A stretch of DNA of 41,216 nt, from positions 1 to 41,216 of the forward strand of contig JBJCIZ010000026.1 in assembly GCA_051294375.1 (NCBI GenBank), written 5' to 3'. The position numbers and the translations under genes are program-made. This DNA comes from Paraspadella gotoi. Its lineage: Eukaryota; Animalia; Chaetognatha. Of the stretch, positions 23,500 through 36,519 are shown piece after piece. Under the pieces are notes generated by a model that worked only from the letters and a program-made list of their open reading frames with translations, had not been told where the DNA came from and did not search any database. Position 1 is the stretch's first letter. The number at the start of each line of letters is the position of its first letter.

Positions 23500-25599
23500 A
23501 TGAGAGAGTAGGAGCGAGAAGAGATAGGAGAGATGAGAGAGAGGAGGACTGTTTTTATTAGGAGAGTGAGAGTATTTTCAAAGAAGATTTAGAATCTTCG
23601 AGTCAAAAATGTCCAACCTGAGAAGAAGGCCTTCCTTATTATTATATGTCTCTCGGCCATGAGCTGATAGAGTCTGGATAGGGATAGAGGAGGAGAGAGA
23701 GAGAAGAGAGAGAGAGACGAGAGGAGGGAGGGAGAGTAGCTGTAGAGAGTGGGGTATTTTTCCAAAGATTTACGAATCTTCGAGTCACAAACCTGAGAAG
23801 AGCCTTACTTTATTTAGATGTCCTCGGCCATGAAGCTGATAGAGTTGGAGGGATTGAGAGAGAGATGAGTGAGAGAGAGAGGAGAGAGAGAGAGAGATGT
23901 ATAGAGAGTGGGTATTTTCAAAAAATTTTAGAATCTTCGAGTCAACCTGAGAATGAGCCTTCCTTTATTTATTATTGTCCTCGGGCCATGAGGCTGTTAG
24001 AAGTTTGGCGTAGAGTTGGGGGGATTGGAGGGACGGACGACAGAGAGAGAGAGAGAAGAGAGGAGGGACGGGAGATCGAGGGAGAAGAGGAGAGAGGACT
24101 GTAGTTTTAGTAGGAGTAGTGGGGGTTTATTTCAAAAGATTTTAGAATCTGCTTCGGAGTAAACCTGAGGAGAGAAGAGCTTCCTTTATTTATATTGTCC
24201 TCGGCTGAGCTGATAGAGTTGGAGGATGAGAGAGAGAGAGAGAGGACGAGAGGGAGAGAGAGATAGGACTGTAGAGAGTGGGTTTTTCAAAAAGATTTAG
24301 AAATTCTTCGAGTCAAACCTGAGAAGAGCCTTCCTTTTCATTATATGATTGTCCTCGGCCATGAGCTGATAGAGTTGAGCGATAGAGAGAATGAGAGAGA
24401 GAGAGAGAGAGATACAAATGTAGAGAGTGGGGTATTTTCAAAGATTTTTAGAATCTTCGAGCTCAAAACCTGAGAAGAGCCTTCCTTATATTTATATTTG
24501 TCCTCGGCCATGAGCGGATAGAGGTTGGAGGGATTGAATGCGGGAGAGAGAGTGAGAGTAGAGAGAGAGAGATCGAGAGAGACGAAGGAGAGGAGAGACT
24601 AGGACTGTAGAGAGGGGTATTTTCAAAAGATTTAGAATTTCGAGTCAAACTTGAGAAGAGCCTTCCTTTATTTATATTGTCCTCGGCCATGAGCGGATAG
24701 AGTTGTGGGGATTGAGAGAGAGAGAGTAGGAGAGAGAGAGAGAGATGAGAAAGAGAGATAGCTGTTTAGAGAGTGGTATTTTCAAAAAAGATTTAGAAAT
24801 TCTTGAGGTTCAAACCTGAGGAAGGAGAACATTCTTAAATAATTTATATGTCCTCGACGGCCTGAGGCGGTTAGAGTTGGAGGGGACCTAGATGCAAGAA
24901 GAGATTGATGAGGAGAGAAGGAGAAGAGAGATAGACTGTCTAAGAGAGTGGGTTGTTATTTTTCAAAGATTTAGAATCTTCGATCAACTGAGAAGAGCCT
25001 TCCTTTTAATGTTATATTGATCCTTCGGCCATGATGCTGATAGAGTATGGAGGGATTAAGAGAGAGCGAGAGGGAGAGTGAGAGAGGGACGGAAGAGAGA
25101 GAGAGATAGAACTGTTAGTTAGAGAAGTTGGGTATTATTCAAAGATTTAGAAATCTTCGAGTCAAACCTGAAGAAAGAGCCTTCTTTATTTTATTGTCCT
25201 CGGCCATGAGCGGATAGAGTTGAGGGTTTGATGAGAGAGAGAGAGAGATGATGAGAGGCGGAGAGAAGAAGATAGAACTGTTATGGAGTGCGGGGTTTTA
25301 TTTTAAAAGATTTAGATCTTTCGAGTCAAACCTGAGAGAGCCTTCCTTTATTTATATTGTCCTCGGCCATTGAGCGATAGAGTTGAGGGAGTTGAGGAAG
25401 AGAGAGAGGAGAGAAGAGAGAGAGAGGAGAGAAGAGAGAGAGGAAGGACTGTAGAGAGTGGGTATTTTCAAAGATTTAGAATCTTCGGTCAACCTGAGAA
25501 GAGCCTTCCTTTATTATATTGTATCCTCGGCCATGACGGATAGAGTTGTTAGGATGAGAGAAGAGAGAGAGAGAAGAGAGAGAGAAGAGAGAGAGAGGA

Positions 25600-25631
<32 letters not shown>

Positions 25632-25741
25632 CTGTAGAGAGTGGTATTTTCAAAAGATTAGAATCTTCGAGATCAAACCTGAGAAAGCCTTCCTTATATT
25701 TATATTGTCCTCGGCCATGAGCGGATTAGAGTGGAGGATTT
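23500..25741. repeat. Tandem satellite, ~13 copies, ~112-bp core + (AG)n spacer (~170-bp period); single monomers at 25937 and 29145
   Basis: Core GACTGTAGAGAGTGGGTATTTTCAAAAGATTTAGAATCTTCGAGTCAAACCTGAGAAGAGCCTTCCTTTATTTATATTGTCCTCGGCCATGAGCTGATAGAGTTGGAGGGATT; starts near 23547, 23740, 23897, 24097, 24267, 24417, 24603, 24760, 24934, 25110, 25277, 25447, 25630. Confidence 0.95.
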
Positions 25742-26047
25742 NNNNNNNNNNNNNNNNNNNNNNNNNCTCTCTCCTCTATCTCCTCTCCTTTCTTCTCTCT
25801 CTCTCTCTCTCCTGCTCTTTTACGTCGCACTTTGTCCTCTCTGTCCTCAGTGGCTTTTTCCTTGTCGCGTTTTAAGCTTACAGAAAAAAAAAAAAAAGAG
25901 AGAGAGAGAAGAAGAGAGAGAGAAGAGAGAGAGAGAGACTGTAGAGAGTGGGTATTTTCAAAGATTAGAATCTTCGCGTCAAACCTGAGAAGAGCCTTCC
26001 TTTATTATATTGTCTCGGCCATGAGCTGATAGAGTTGGAGGGATTGA

Positions 26048-26111
<64 letters not shown>

Positions 26112-26735
26112 AGAAGTTGAGAGATTGAGAAAGAGAGAGAGAAAAGAGAAAGAAAATAAGACAAAGAGAGCGGAAGACAGAGAGAAGGAAGAAAGAAAGA
26201 TGGAAAGTAAGAAAAAAGAAAGAAAGAAAGCAGAAAGAAAAAAGAAAGAAGAAAACAATTAAATATATAAAGAAAAGAAGAGAAAAGAGGAAGCGTCACA
26301 ATATTTTTTTTCTTTTCTAGGAAAAATTATTAAATATGAAAAGGGAAAAAAAGTAACTCGTTCGCTTCATAAAGAATCACGACGTTTGACAATAAAAATG
26401 AGACAAGACTGTTTGATGAGGTTATTAATGATGCTGATGTTGTTGCCTGAATGTTGCCTGTGATGGAGTCAAGAGGAAGAATGATCTATAGTTATGTTTT
26501 TAAAAGTTCTTTCTTTTCCTCTCTCTTTCTTTTTTTCTTTCCGTCTTCTGTTTCTCTATTTTTTTTTTTTCTCTTTCTCTCTCTAATTTCTTTTTTCTTT
26601 TTCTTAACATCGGTTTTTTATTTCATTCTTTTCTTCATCTCTCTCTGTTTTTTTAATTTTTTTGTTACAGTCTTTCTTTCTCCATTTTTTTTTTATTTTT
26701 TCTTTTATTCTTTTTTTCCCTTTCAATATCTCTCT

Positions 26736-27018
26736 GTGGATAAGGCGCTAAATGGGCAGAAGATGACTATCCGTAATCTTCTATAACACCCCTCAGCAGA
26801 CATGGAACGGGTCCTCGCTTGGAACCAGGCTTGGAGTTTGCCACGCCCCCAAGGCGGCTTACGGCCGTCCTCACTCTTCCGCAGGGTAGGTACCGGGTTG
26901 GGATTGAACCCGGTATCTAGTGGTCATGAGTGATGGCTTTATACTCCAATGAGCCACCGGTCACAAACTGAAAGTGTCATGCTTATAGGCGGGGTGAACC
27001 TAGGCAATGCCCGACTAC
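26736..27018 (-). mobile_element. tRNA-Met-derived SINE-like element
   Basis: Duplicate of 29990-30271, flanked by ATCTCTCT direct repeats (26728-35, 27019-26). Confidence 0.75.
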
Positions 27019-27201
27019 ATCTCTCTCTCACTCTCTTTCTCTCTAACTCTCTGTCTCTTTCTCTCTGCTTCTCTCTCTCTTACCTGGAGTACACCTTTAA
27101 GGAGAAGTCAGATCTAACGCAAAGCGTGTCTCCGATATGATAATCGATTTCCCCTAAAATTTTCCCCTTAGAACCTATTTCCGTTCTCTCTCTTCTCTCT
27201 C

Positions 27202-27267
<66 letters not shown>

Positions 27268-27551
27268 CTCTCTCTCTCAGTTCTTTCCCCATTGGCTTTG
27301 GGGAATCGAAACCCAAGGTGACTTAGAAGTTGAAAAAGTTAGAAAAAAAAGAAAAAGGTCATTGTTGTTGTTGTTTGTTGTCGTTCTTTTCGTTTTCTCG
27401 TTGTGGTATCGAACACAGAATAACACATAAGTATTTAATTAATATAGATAAACGTTGGGATTTATTGATTATTTTTAAAACCGATGTCCATTGAGAAGAG
27501 GAAGAGTGAAAAGAGAGAGAGAGAGAGGAGAGAGAGGAGAGAAGAGAGAGA

Positions 27552-27606
<55 letters not shown>

Positions 27607-28337
27607 TTGAGTGAGTCTGCTAAATCGCTATGTGCTCACATGATTTTAACACCTCTCCTGGAATATGCTCATGCTCGCTCTCTCTCTCTCTCACACTCAC
27701 AAACAATCTGAGAAATGGGTTACTGGAGAGGTAGAGGCAGGAATATTTAATCTGCCGTTGAATATGAAAGATGCAGTTTGCATAATTAATTCTTATTTAA
27801 AAAACCTTAAACTCTCTGAATATTTTTAAAATTTTTTCATACTTTCTTTAAATTATTTCTTATATCATATGAAATAAATATTATATTATACAAATATTTG
27901 CTCGGCCACTTTGTAAAAATACTCTAAGAGTGATTTTGAAAAATTTGGTCAGACAAACCGACTTCGTGTCGTCTACAGTCATCATGATGTAATTCCGCAA
28001 GAGAGAGAAAGAGAGAGAGAGAGAGAGATCGAAAGTCTTGGAATTTTTCATTTCTTTCTGTGTCGTTCCTCTCTCTCAGGGGTCGCGATAAAAGGAGGAA
28101 AAAAAATATACAGAGAAAAAAAAAAGATTAGAAAAAAAGAGAAACTTGGAAAAGAAAAAATAATCTAAAAATAGAAAAAAGGGAAAGAAAAGAAGAAGTA
28201 GATGGGAGCAAATATTTATGAAGTATCATCCTTTGACCCGCCCCCCCAAAAGAAAATCTTTGGGTGGGGGGAGTGGGATTGACCGAGGAGGGGGGGGGGT
28301 GGAGAGAGAGAGATTGGGGAAAGGATGGGTTTTCAAT

Positions 28338-28610
28338 GGCTATTTTTAGGAAACGCCTTTTTCTTAATCCTTTAAATTATAAATTAAGCTTAATTTTATC
28401 CTTAATATCTTTAAAAATTTTCAACCCAACACTAATCCTATTCTCTAATCTTAATCTCTAACCTCATACCTAATCCCTAATCCCTAAAATTTAACACTAA
28501 TTCCCAAACTCTAAACTAATCCTTAAAACTCTAATTCAAAACTCTATCTCTCACCTTTAATCGAAATCCCAACTTTTACCTCTTAACCTAAAAATTAAAC
28601 CCTAGGTTTT
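28338..28610 (-). mobile_element. One end of a CCCTAA-rich MITE related to 1303-1890 (duplicate 31608-31880)
   Basis: GGCTATTTTTAGGAAACGCCTTTTTC resembles the TIR of the 1303 element and is followed by degenerate CCCTAA/CTTAA repeats. Confidence 0.5.
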
Positions 28611-28769
28611 ATTCAACAGGTGCAGAGAGGCTCACGTGATGAAGTCAGGTTGCAATGGTGAGGTGAAGACCAAACGGTTCACCTTCACGAAATACTTCTG
28701 TGAATTCGGTGTAAAGACGCAGAAAGGTGAAAATGTCTCGACGGACATTAAGAGAGCTCCGAGGCCGCG

Positions 28770-29107
28770 GAAGCTGACAGGATTGAAGGAGCTAACAAAG
28801 CTGACAAGGTTGACAAGGTTTTTTACAGGTTGATATGGTTTGACAAAGCCAAAAGAGCTGACAGGAAGACGTCGACTAAGATGACAGGGCTGACAAAGCC
28901 GACAGGCTGACAAGGCTGACAAGCCGACAGGCTGACATTGTTTATGAAGCCAACACGGCTGACAGAACTGACAAAGCCGAGAAATCCGACAGGGCCAACT
29001 GAGTCGATTAAGCTGACAGGTCCAACGAAGTCGACAGGCATGACTTGGCTGAAGAGTCCGACAAGGCCAAAAAGGCCAACAGTGCTGACAAAGCCGACAG
29101 GGCTGAC
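28770..29107. repeat. 9-bp-period minisatellite (GCTGACAAA/GCCGACAGG); longer copy 32040-32510
   Basis: YGACA core recurring every 9 bp. Confidence 0.9.
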
Positions 29108-29150
<43 letters not shown>

Positions 29151-29254
29151 AGAGAGTGGGTATTTTCAAAAGATTTAGAATCTTCGAGTCAAACCTGAGA
29201 AGAGCCTTCCTTTATTTATATTGTCCTCGGCCATGAGCTGATAGAGTTGGAGGG

Positions 29255-29379
<125 letters not shown>

Positions 29380-29989
29380 AGAAAGATTGAGAGATTGAGA
29401 AAGAGAGAGAGAAAAGAGAAAGAAAAATAGACAAAGAGAGCGGAAGACAGAGAGAAGGAAAGAAAGAAAGATGGAAAGTAAGAAAAAAGAAAGAAAGAAA
29501 AGCAGAAAGAAAAAAAGAAAGAAAGAAAACAATAAATATATAAAGAAAGAAGAGAAAAAGAGAGAGCGTCAATATTTTTTTTCTTTTTCTAGGAAAAATT
29601 ATTAAATATGAAAAGGGAAAAAAAAGTAACTCGTTCGCTTCATAAAGAATCACGACGTTTGACATAAAAATGAGACAAGACTGTTTGATGAGGTTATTAA
29701 TGATGCTGATGTTGTTGCCTGATGTTGCTGATGATGGAGTCAAGAGGAAGAATGATCTATAGTTATGTTTTTAAAAGTTTCTTTCTTTCCTCTCTCTTTC
29801 TTTTTTTCTTTCCGTCTTCTGTTTCTTCTATTTTTTTTCTCTTTCTCTCTCTAATTCTTTCTTTCTTTTTCTTACATCGGTTTTTTATTTCATTCTTTCT
29901 TCATCTCTCTCTGTTTTTTTAATTTTTGTTACAGTCTTTCTTTCTCCATTTTTTCTTTTATTCTTTTTTTCCCTTTCAAATATCTCTCT

Positions 29990-30271
29990 GTGGATAAGGC
30001 GCTAAATGGGCAGAAGATGACTATCCGTAACTTCTATAACACCCTCTAGCAGACATGGAACGGGTCCTGGGCTTGGAACCAGGCTTGAGGGTTTGCCACG
30101 CCCCCAAGGCGGCTTACGGCCGTCCTCACTCTTCCCGCAGGGTAGGTACCGGGTTGGGATTGAACCCGGTATCTAGTGGTCATGAGTGATGGCTTTACTC
30201 AATGAGCCACCGGGTCACAACTGAAAGTGTCATGCTTATAGGCGGGGTGAACCTAGGCAATGCCCGACTAC
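29990..30271 (-). mobile_element. tRNA-Met-derived SINE-like element (best-preserved copy)
   Basis: Minus strand A box TGGCTCATTGAG (from 30209), CTCATGA loop (30186-30180), B box GGTTCAATCCC (30166-30156). ATCTCTCT TSD-like repeats at 29982-89 and 30272-79 (low-complexity caveat). Confidence 0.78.
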
Positions 30272-30450
30272 ATCTCTCTCTCACTCTCTTTCTCTCTAAC
30301 TCTCTGTCTCTTTCTCTCTGCTTCTCTCTCTCTTACCTGGAGTACCTTTTAAGGGAGAAGTCAGATCTAACGCAAGCGTCTCCGATATGATAATCGAATT
30401 TCCCCTAAAATTTCCCCCTTAGAACCTATTTCGTTCTCTCTCTTCTCCTC

Positions 30451-30505
<55 letters not shown>

Positions 30506-32669
30506 GTCTCTCCTCTCTCTCAGTTCTTTCCCCATTGGCTTTGCGGGGAATCGAAACCCAAGGTGACTTAGAAGTTGAAAAAGTTAGAAAAAAAAAGAAA
30601 AAGGTCATTGTTGTTGTTGTTGTTGTCGTTCTTTTCGTTTTCTCGTTGTGGTATCGACAATTAATATAGATAAACGTTGGGATTTATTGATTATTTTTAA
30701 AACACGATGGCCATTGAGAAGAGGAAGAGTGAAAGAGAGAAAGAGAGAGAGAGAGGAGAGAGGGAGAGAAGAGAAGAGAGAGAGAGAGAACGAGAGAGAG
30801 GAGAGAGAAGAGAGAGAGAGAAGAGAGAGAGAGAGAAGAGATGGAAAATTTGAGGAGAGAGAGAGAGAGAGAAAATTGAGTGAGTCTGCTAAATCGCTAT
30901 GTGCTCACATGATTTTAACACCTCTCCTGGAATATGCTCATGCTCGCTCTCTCTCTCTCTCACACACACACAATCTGAGAAAATGGTTACTGGGAGAGTA
31001 GAGGCAGGAATATTCTATCTGCCGTTGAATATGAAAGATGAGTTTGCATAATTAATTCTATTTAAAAAACCTTAAACTCTCTGAATATTTTTAAAATTTT
31101 TCATACTTCTTTAAATTATTTCTTATATCATATGAAATAAATATTATATTATACAAATATTTCGCTCGGCCACTTTGTAAAAATACTCTAAGAGTGATTT
31201 GAAAATTTGGTCAGACAAACCGACTTCGTGTCGTCTACAGTCATCATGATGTAATTCCCAAGAGAGAGAAAGAGAGAGAGAGAGAGAGATCGAAAGTCTT
31301 GGAAAGATTTTTCATTTTTCTTCTGTGTCGTTTTCTCTCTCTCAGGGGTCGCGATAAAAGGAGGAAAAAAATATAGCGAGAAAAAAAAAAGATTAGAAAA
31401 AAAAGAGAAACTTGGAAAAGAAAAAAAATAATCTAAAAATAGAAAAAGGGGGAAAGAAAAAGAGAAGATAGATGGGAGCAAATATTTATGAAGTATCATC
31501 CTTTGACCCGCCCCCCCCAAAAGAAAATCTTTGGGTGGGGGGGAGTGGGATTGACCGAGGAGGGGGGGGTGGAGAGAGAGAGATTGGGGAAAGGATGGAT
31601 TTTCAATGGCTATTTTTAGGAAACGCCTTTTTCTTAATCCTTTAAATTATAAATTAAGCTTAATTTTATCCTTAATATCTTTAAAAATTTTCAACCCAAC
31701 ACCTAATCCTATTCTCTAATCTTAATCTCTAACCTCATACCTAATCCCTAATCCCTAAACTTTAACACTAATCTCCCAAACTCTAACTAATCCTTAAACT
31801 CTAATTCAAAACTCTAATCTCTCACCTTTAATCGAAATCCCTAACTTTTACCCTCTAACCTAAAAATTAACCCTAGGTTTTATTCAACAGGTGCAGAGAG
31901 GCTCACGTGATGAAGTCAGGTTGCAATGGTGAGGTGAAGACCAAACGGTTCACCTTCACGAAATACTCTCTGTGAATTCGGTGAAAGACGCAGAAAGGTG
32001 AAAATGTCTCGACGAACATTAGAGAGACTCCGAGGCCGCGGAAGCTGACAGGATTGAAGGAGCTGACAAAGCTGACAAGGTTGACAAGGTTGACAGGGTT
32101 GATATGGCTGACAAAGCCAAAAGAGCTGACAGGAAGAACGTCGACTAAGATGACAGGGCTGACAAAGCCGACAGGCCTGACAAGGCTGACAAAGCCGACA
32201 GGACTGACATTGTTTATGAAGCCAACACGGCTGACAGAACTGAACAAAGCCGAGAAATCCGACAGGGCCAACTGAGTCGATTAAGCTGACAGGTCCAACG
32301 AAGTCGACAGGCATGACTTGCTGAAGAGTCCGACAAGGCCAAAAAGGCCAACAGTGCTGACAAAGCCGACAGGGCTGACATTTAAAGGAAAGACAAGTCG
32401 ACAAAGCCGACGGCCAACATGGATGACAAAAACACAGGATAACAAAACCGACAGGATGTCAGGCCGACAAAGTCGAATAGGGCTGACGGCCGACAAAGCC
32501 GACAGGGTCGAGTCCCTCTCGACCTCATAAAAGAGAATTCGAGAAGATTTGAGATTCCCTTTCCTTTTGATGGAGAAGATGATGGGGAAGAGAGGGGAGA
32601 GGAGAGAAGAGAGAGGAGAGAGAGAAGAAGAAAGGAGCAGAGAGAGGAGAGAGAGAGGAGAGAGAGAGA

Positions 32670-32947
32670 GAGAGGGAAAGAGAAAAATGAAAGTGAGTGT
32701 ACAGAGAGAGAGAGAGAGAGAGAAGGAGAGAGAGATGAGAGGGAGAGAAAACATGGAAAGTGAGTGACAGACGAAGAGATAAAGGAGAGAGAGGAAGAGA
32801 AGAGAAGAGAGGAATATGAGGGAAAGAGAAAACATGAAAGTGTGTGACAGATGAGAGATAGGAGAAGATAGAGGAGAGAGAGGGAGTGAGGAAAGAGAAA
32901 CATGAAAGTGAGTGCGGAGAGAGGAGAGAGGAGAGAGAGAGTGAGTG
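32670..32947. repeat. Purine-rich tandem repeat (GAGGGAAAGAGAAAACATGAAAGTGAGTG..) split by the BEL element; resumes at 40703-40755
   Basis: Unit at ~32672, 32738, 32818, 32888 and again 40709. Confidence 0.85.
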
Positions 32948-33701
32948 TGAAGCGCTTCTTAACGCGCGACCTAGATAATTCCGAGATTTATCGCAAATAA
33001 AACAAATCTAAGTTTCATCTCATTCTTCTAGAGTGCCCCTAATTGTGCCCTAATTAATTTATTGAATTCAAATCCGTGTTCAACTTTACTCTCAAACAAG
33101 TATCTTAAACAAACAGTTCTAACATGTTAAAACAACCTTAACTATAACCTTGTATTCTTAGAACCATATAATAAAGCAGGAAACAGTAACCACATTTTGA
33201 GATATACAATTTCCAATCTTCAGGTACAAATAGTCATTGGTAAGTAGACAAATTAAACCAAAGAAGGAGAGTGGTGTTCAGGAGAGGCAAGTGTTTGAGT
33301 TAAAACTACAAAAAAAATAGACAATGCTAAATAGTATTAAATAAACTTTAAACCGTTAAACTTATAAGTAACATATATAACCTAAGGTACAATTCAATAT
33401 AAATCCAATGCAAACTAACCTTTCAATTGGGTTTCCAGAATAGAGAATAAAAAACATTGGCAAGCTTTATAGCACAAAAACATTATTTAAATATTTCCTT
33501 TTCTTTACACCACGTGTTTTGAATTTGAGAGTAAAAGACTTGTGAAGATAAAACTTGAAACACGCTTCGTTCGTTAACTCTCGCAGACAGCTGATCGCCT
33601 GGGGAAGAGTAAAATTCAGATATTCAAACGAAACAAATGATTTATCGATCTAAACGAAACTAAATAATTATACGCAAATAAAAAGGCATCGCTTTCTCCG
33701 A
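32948..33701 (-). repeat. 3' LTR of BEL element
   Basis: TGAAGCGCTTCTTAAC..GGCATCGCTTTCTCCGA, colinear with 39804-40702. Confidence 0.93.
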
Positions 33702-33711
33702 TACCCCCGCC
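33702..33711 (-). promoter_or_regulatory. Polypurine tract
   Basis: Minus strand GGCGGGGGTA directly abuts the 3' LTR. Confidence 0.8.
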
Positions 33712-33894
33712 ATCAGGGTTTTCCCTGATAAATAAAAGCCGAATAATAAAAAGATGCTTAGCTAAAAAAAGGGAACGTACAATCATACTAAAATGATAAA
33801 AACATCTATAAATAAAAAATTGGTAAAGCATCTACGATAAAAAATTAGTAAAAGCATCTTACGATAAAAAATCTAAACGTTGATAGAATTCAGA

Positions 33895-35200
33895 ATATCA
33901 ATATTCCAAGTTCTTCTCCGTCTTCTTCATGGCATTCGAGAGGACAAGCTTGGAGCAATCTCGGTCAAGGACAGTTTCCTTTTTGCCGTTACGGATTCGG
34001 ACACGGCGCACATGAGTGCCATCCCGATCGGCTCCTCTTTATTAATGGAAAGAACTCCAATGGGACCGAGGTAAGCCTTGTTCATTCGCGATGATAACGA
34101 TGTCGCCCTTCTTGAGATTGCGGTGTGTGACTTCGTCCACTTCTGGCGCTGTTGCGCTCAGGCAATATACTATTAGCGCCACCGCTTCCAAAAACTCATC
34201 AGCAAGGCACGTAGCTGCTGCCATGCAGTGCGGGCGCACTGTCCCATCAGACATCGGAGGACCAGTCAGGTGGCACCCAAGGGCAGGAGACCAGGATACA
34301 GCAACATGGACGGGGGAAAGCGCGGGCGGACCTTCGCGCTCTCAGGACTTCCTCGTAATAGGACGATCATTCACAATGTTCTCCCACTGAGCAGAGTAGG
34401 GTACAAAAAAACGACGTCAGAAACGTCTGTTCCCTGCAATTAAGCGGACAATACGCTTTCTTCGTAATCTTGACGAGAGATTTCCCCAGGCGCCTCCCCA
34501 ATGGGCGCGCTCAGCAGGATTTGAGAGCCACTTGATACGATGATGCTGAACTGTTCTTCGGCCTCTTGTTCCACCTGTGTAGAGCATCATCCAACTCTTT
34601 TGCCACCACGAAAGTTGGTGCCATGTCGCTCCAACAGAACCTTGACCACCAGGGCGTCGAGCCACGAAAACGTTCAAAAGCATTTCAAAAACTCAGGAGT
34701 TGATAATATCCCTCAGAGGTTCCAAATGGATAGCACGCATCTTGGAAACCAAAAAAGTTAAAAAAAAAGGGGGGGCCACCCAACGGCTTTTTGGGAGGAG
34801 TATGCACGTCCGAACTTCAAATAGAAGCGGACCAAACAAAATCCAACTCCAGTCACCTCAAAAGGATAAAACCAATTCCAACACGCCACTAGGTAAAGAG
34901 CCATCTTTTGCTGCCAAAGTTTTCCCATGAGCCCGCTTACAAGCGGTGTGCAGACGTTCGAAATACATCGCTGAACAGTAGCCAGACCTCTGAATGATCA
35001 AAAACTGCGCCGCAACTTTGCCAGAATCTGGTCAGGCCCGGTATGCGCATCTCTGCAGTGGCGCAATGGATGATCATCTTGGTTTGATTACGAGAAGAGG
35101 CAGGCAAAATGATCGGATGCTTCGAATCATACTCTTTCTCCAACAAGGCGCTGAAGTCGGCACCAACTCTGCAGGAGACCATCATTCCAATGAACGGGTC
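33895..35200 (-). pseudogene. BEL/Pao integrase region (pre-integrase segment, DDE core, DUF5641-like C-terminus), frameshifted
   Basis: Motifs read across frames: RVG..KHPIILP; GVD.FGP; RAIHLE; FVARR.G; SD.GTN; IKW..NP...HWGGAW; LADEF..RNLKKGDIVII...PRSHW. Confidence 0.92.
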
Positions 35201-35499
35201 TAGGCGGCGAAGGGAAAGACTTTTGATTCAGAAGCTGAGAAACTGAGGCGATGGCTGGCCGAAGGATATCAATTTCTTTAACCAAAATGTTGCTCCTTGG
35301 AGCAGTTGAAAGCACGAGCTTCTCACTGCTCCATCTCATTCTTCAAGTGGTCCAAAGGACCAGGCTGCGCTTCCTCTTGAAGCGTTCGCAAAAAGAAGAG
35401 CAGATAGCAAAACGCCTGATCAACCTTTCTTCCATGTGGAGACATTTGAGGCCAATTCCTCAAAGACATCTGAGACAGCTGACGAAGCAGTCCGCCTCA

Positions 35500-36410
35500 T
35501 AGTATGCACTTGAAAATCACTAGTTGCATGACACAATCCTTTTCTTCTTCAGTAGGCCAAGAGTGAGGGCAATCGAGTGTGGAAACTCGGGACCACAATG
35601 CAAAACTTTCCAGGATACAGAATCATCTGCATTCAATACCACGGGAACAAAATCCGCTGGATTACTTATTGGTGGAACATACGCCACTGTCCAACATTCT
35701 GTCACCTCATGAATGGTATTCAAACGATTGGAAAAAATATGCCTCTGTTACTGTAGTAGTTCCTATTTCTAATCATCTTCAAGATGCAGGTAGCATCTAT
35801 CCAGAGAACACATCACCAGGTCCTCTGTCTTAGCCTCACATTTGAGAAACTTGTACAAATTTCAATTCCAAGATAGCTTCCTTGGCATCTCAGAGCGGGG
35901 AATGGTTTCCCACGAACTTTGTGGCAGACGATCAAAGGAAGTAACACGTTGCCTTTGCAACCAAAATATTCACAGGGACAACATCATATTCATCAAACAA
36001 TTCGTTTGATAAGCTGCAGCACCATAAGCCACGCTCGAAGCATCGACAAAAATATGAAGTGGTCGATTTTGGTTATGGGTGAGGTCTTTTTCACCTTGGG
36101 ACTTGGACTAGAGACAAGCTAGGCAGACGTCCTAGCATTCCTTAAAGCTTGGTTTATCTCCTCAGGCGAGAGGATTCATCCCAACCAACATCGGCTTTAC
36201 AAGCTTTCTGGAAGCAATAACCTTGCCTGAAGTATACATGGAATGCTTAGGCCAAAGGGTGAATAGACTGAAGCTGTGACCGACAACAATTTCCTTCGAA
36301 AGAGAAGTCCAATTTCCCCCGCCTTTCGGTCACTCCTTGAAGAAATACTCATTCGGTATTGGGTCGTAGCCCCAAGCCCAAAAGCTGTTTCCATGTCCAT
36401 AGTGACTTCT
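35500..36410 (-). pseudogene. Pao RT C-terminus / RNase H (Peptidase_A17 region), frameshifted
   Basis: RRKLLSVTASVYSPFG (36197-36400 ORF); LHIFVDASSVAYGAAAY (~36062-36012); TIPR; W..YVP..SNPAD...GPEF. Confidence 0.9.
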
Positions 36411-36519
36411 TTAAACTCAGGATGGCTCGGGTAATCACAGGTGCTCCATCAATAGCAAATGACTGTTCATTACAGCAATATAAGAAGTATTAAAGATTTT
36501 CTGTCCCAGCATCTTCTCC

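Noticed and set aside
23500-25741. CRISPR-like repeat-spacer array
   Set aside because: Repeats are ~112 bp, spacers are just (AG)n rather than unique sequence, no cas genes are present and the context is eukaryotic.
33712-33895. env-like ORF in the BEL element
   Set aside because: Only ~190 bp of AT-rich 3' UTR with a short tandem duplication lies between integrase and PPT.
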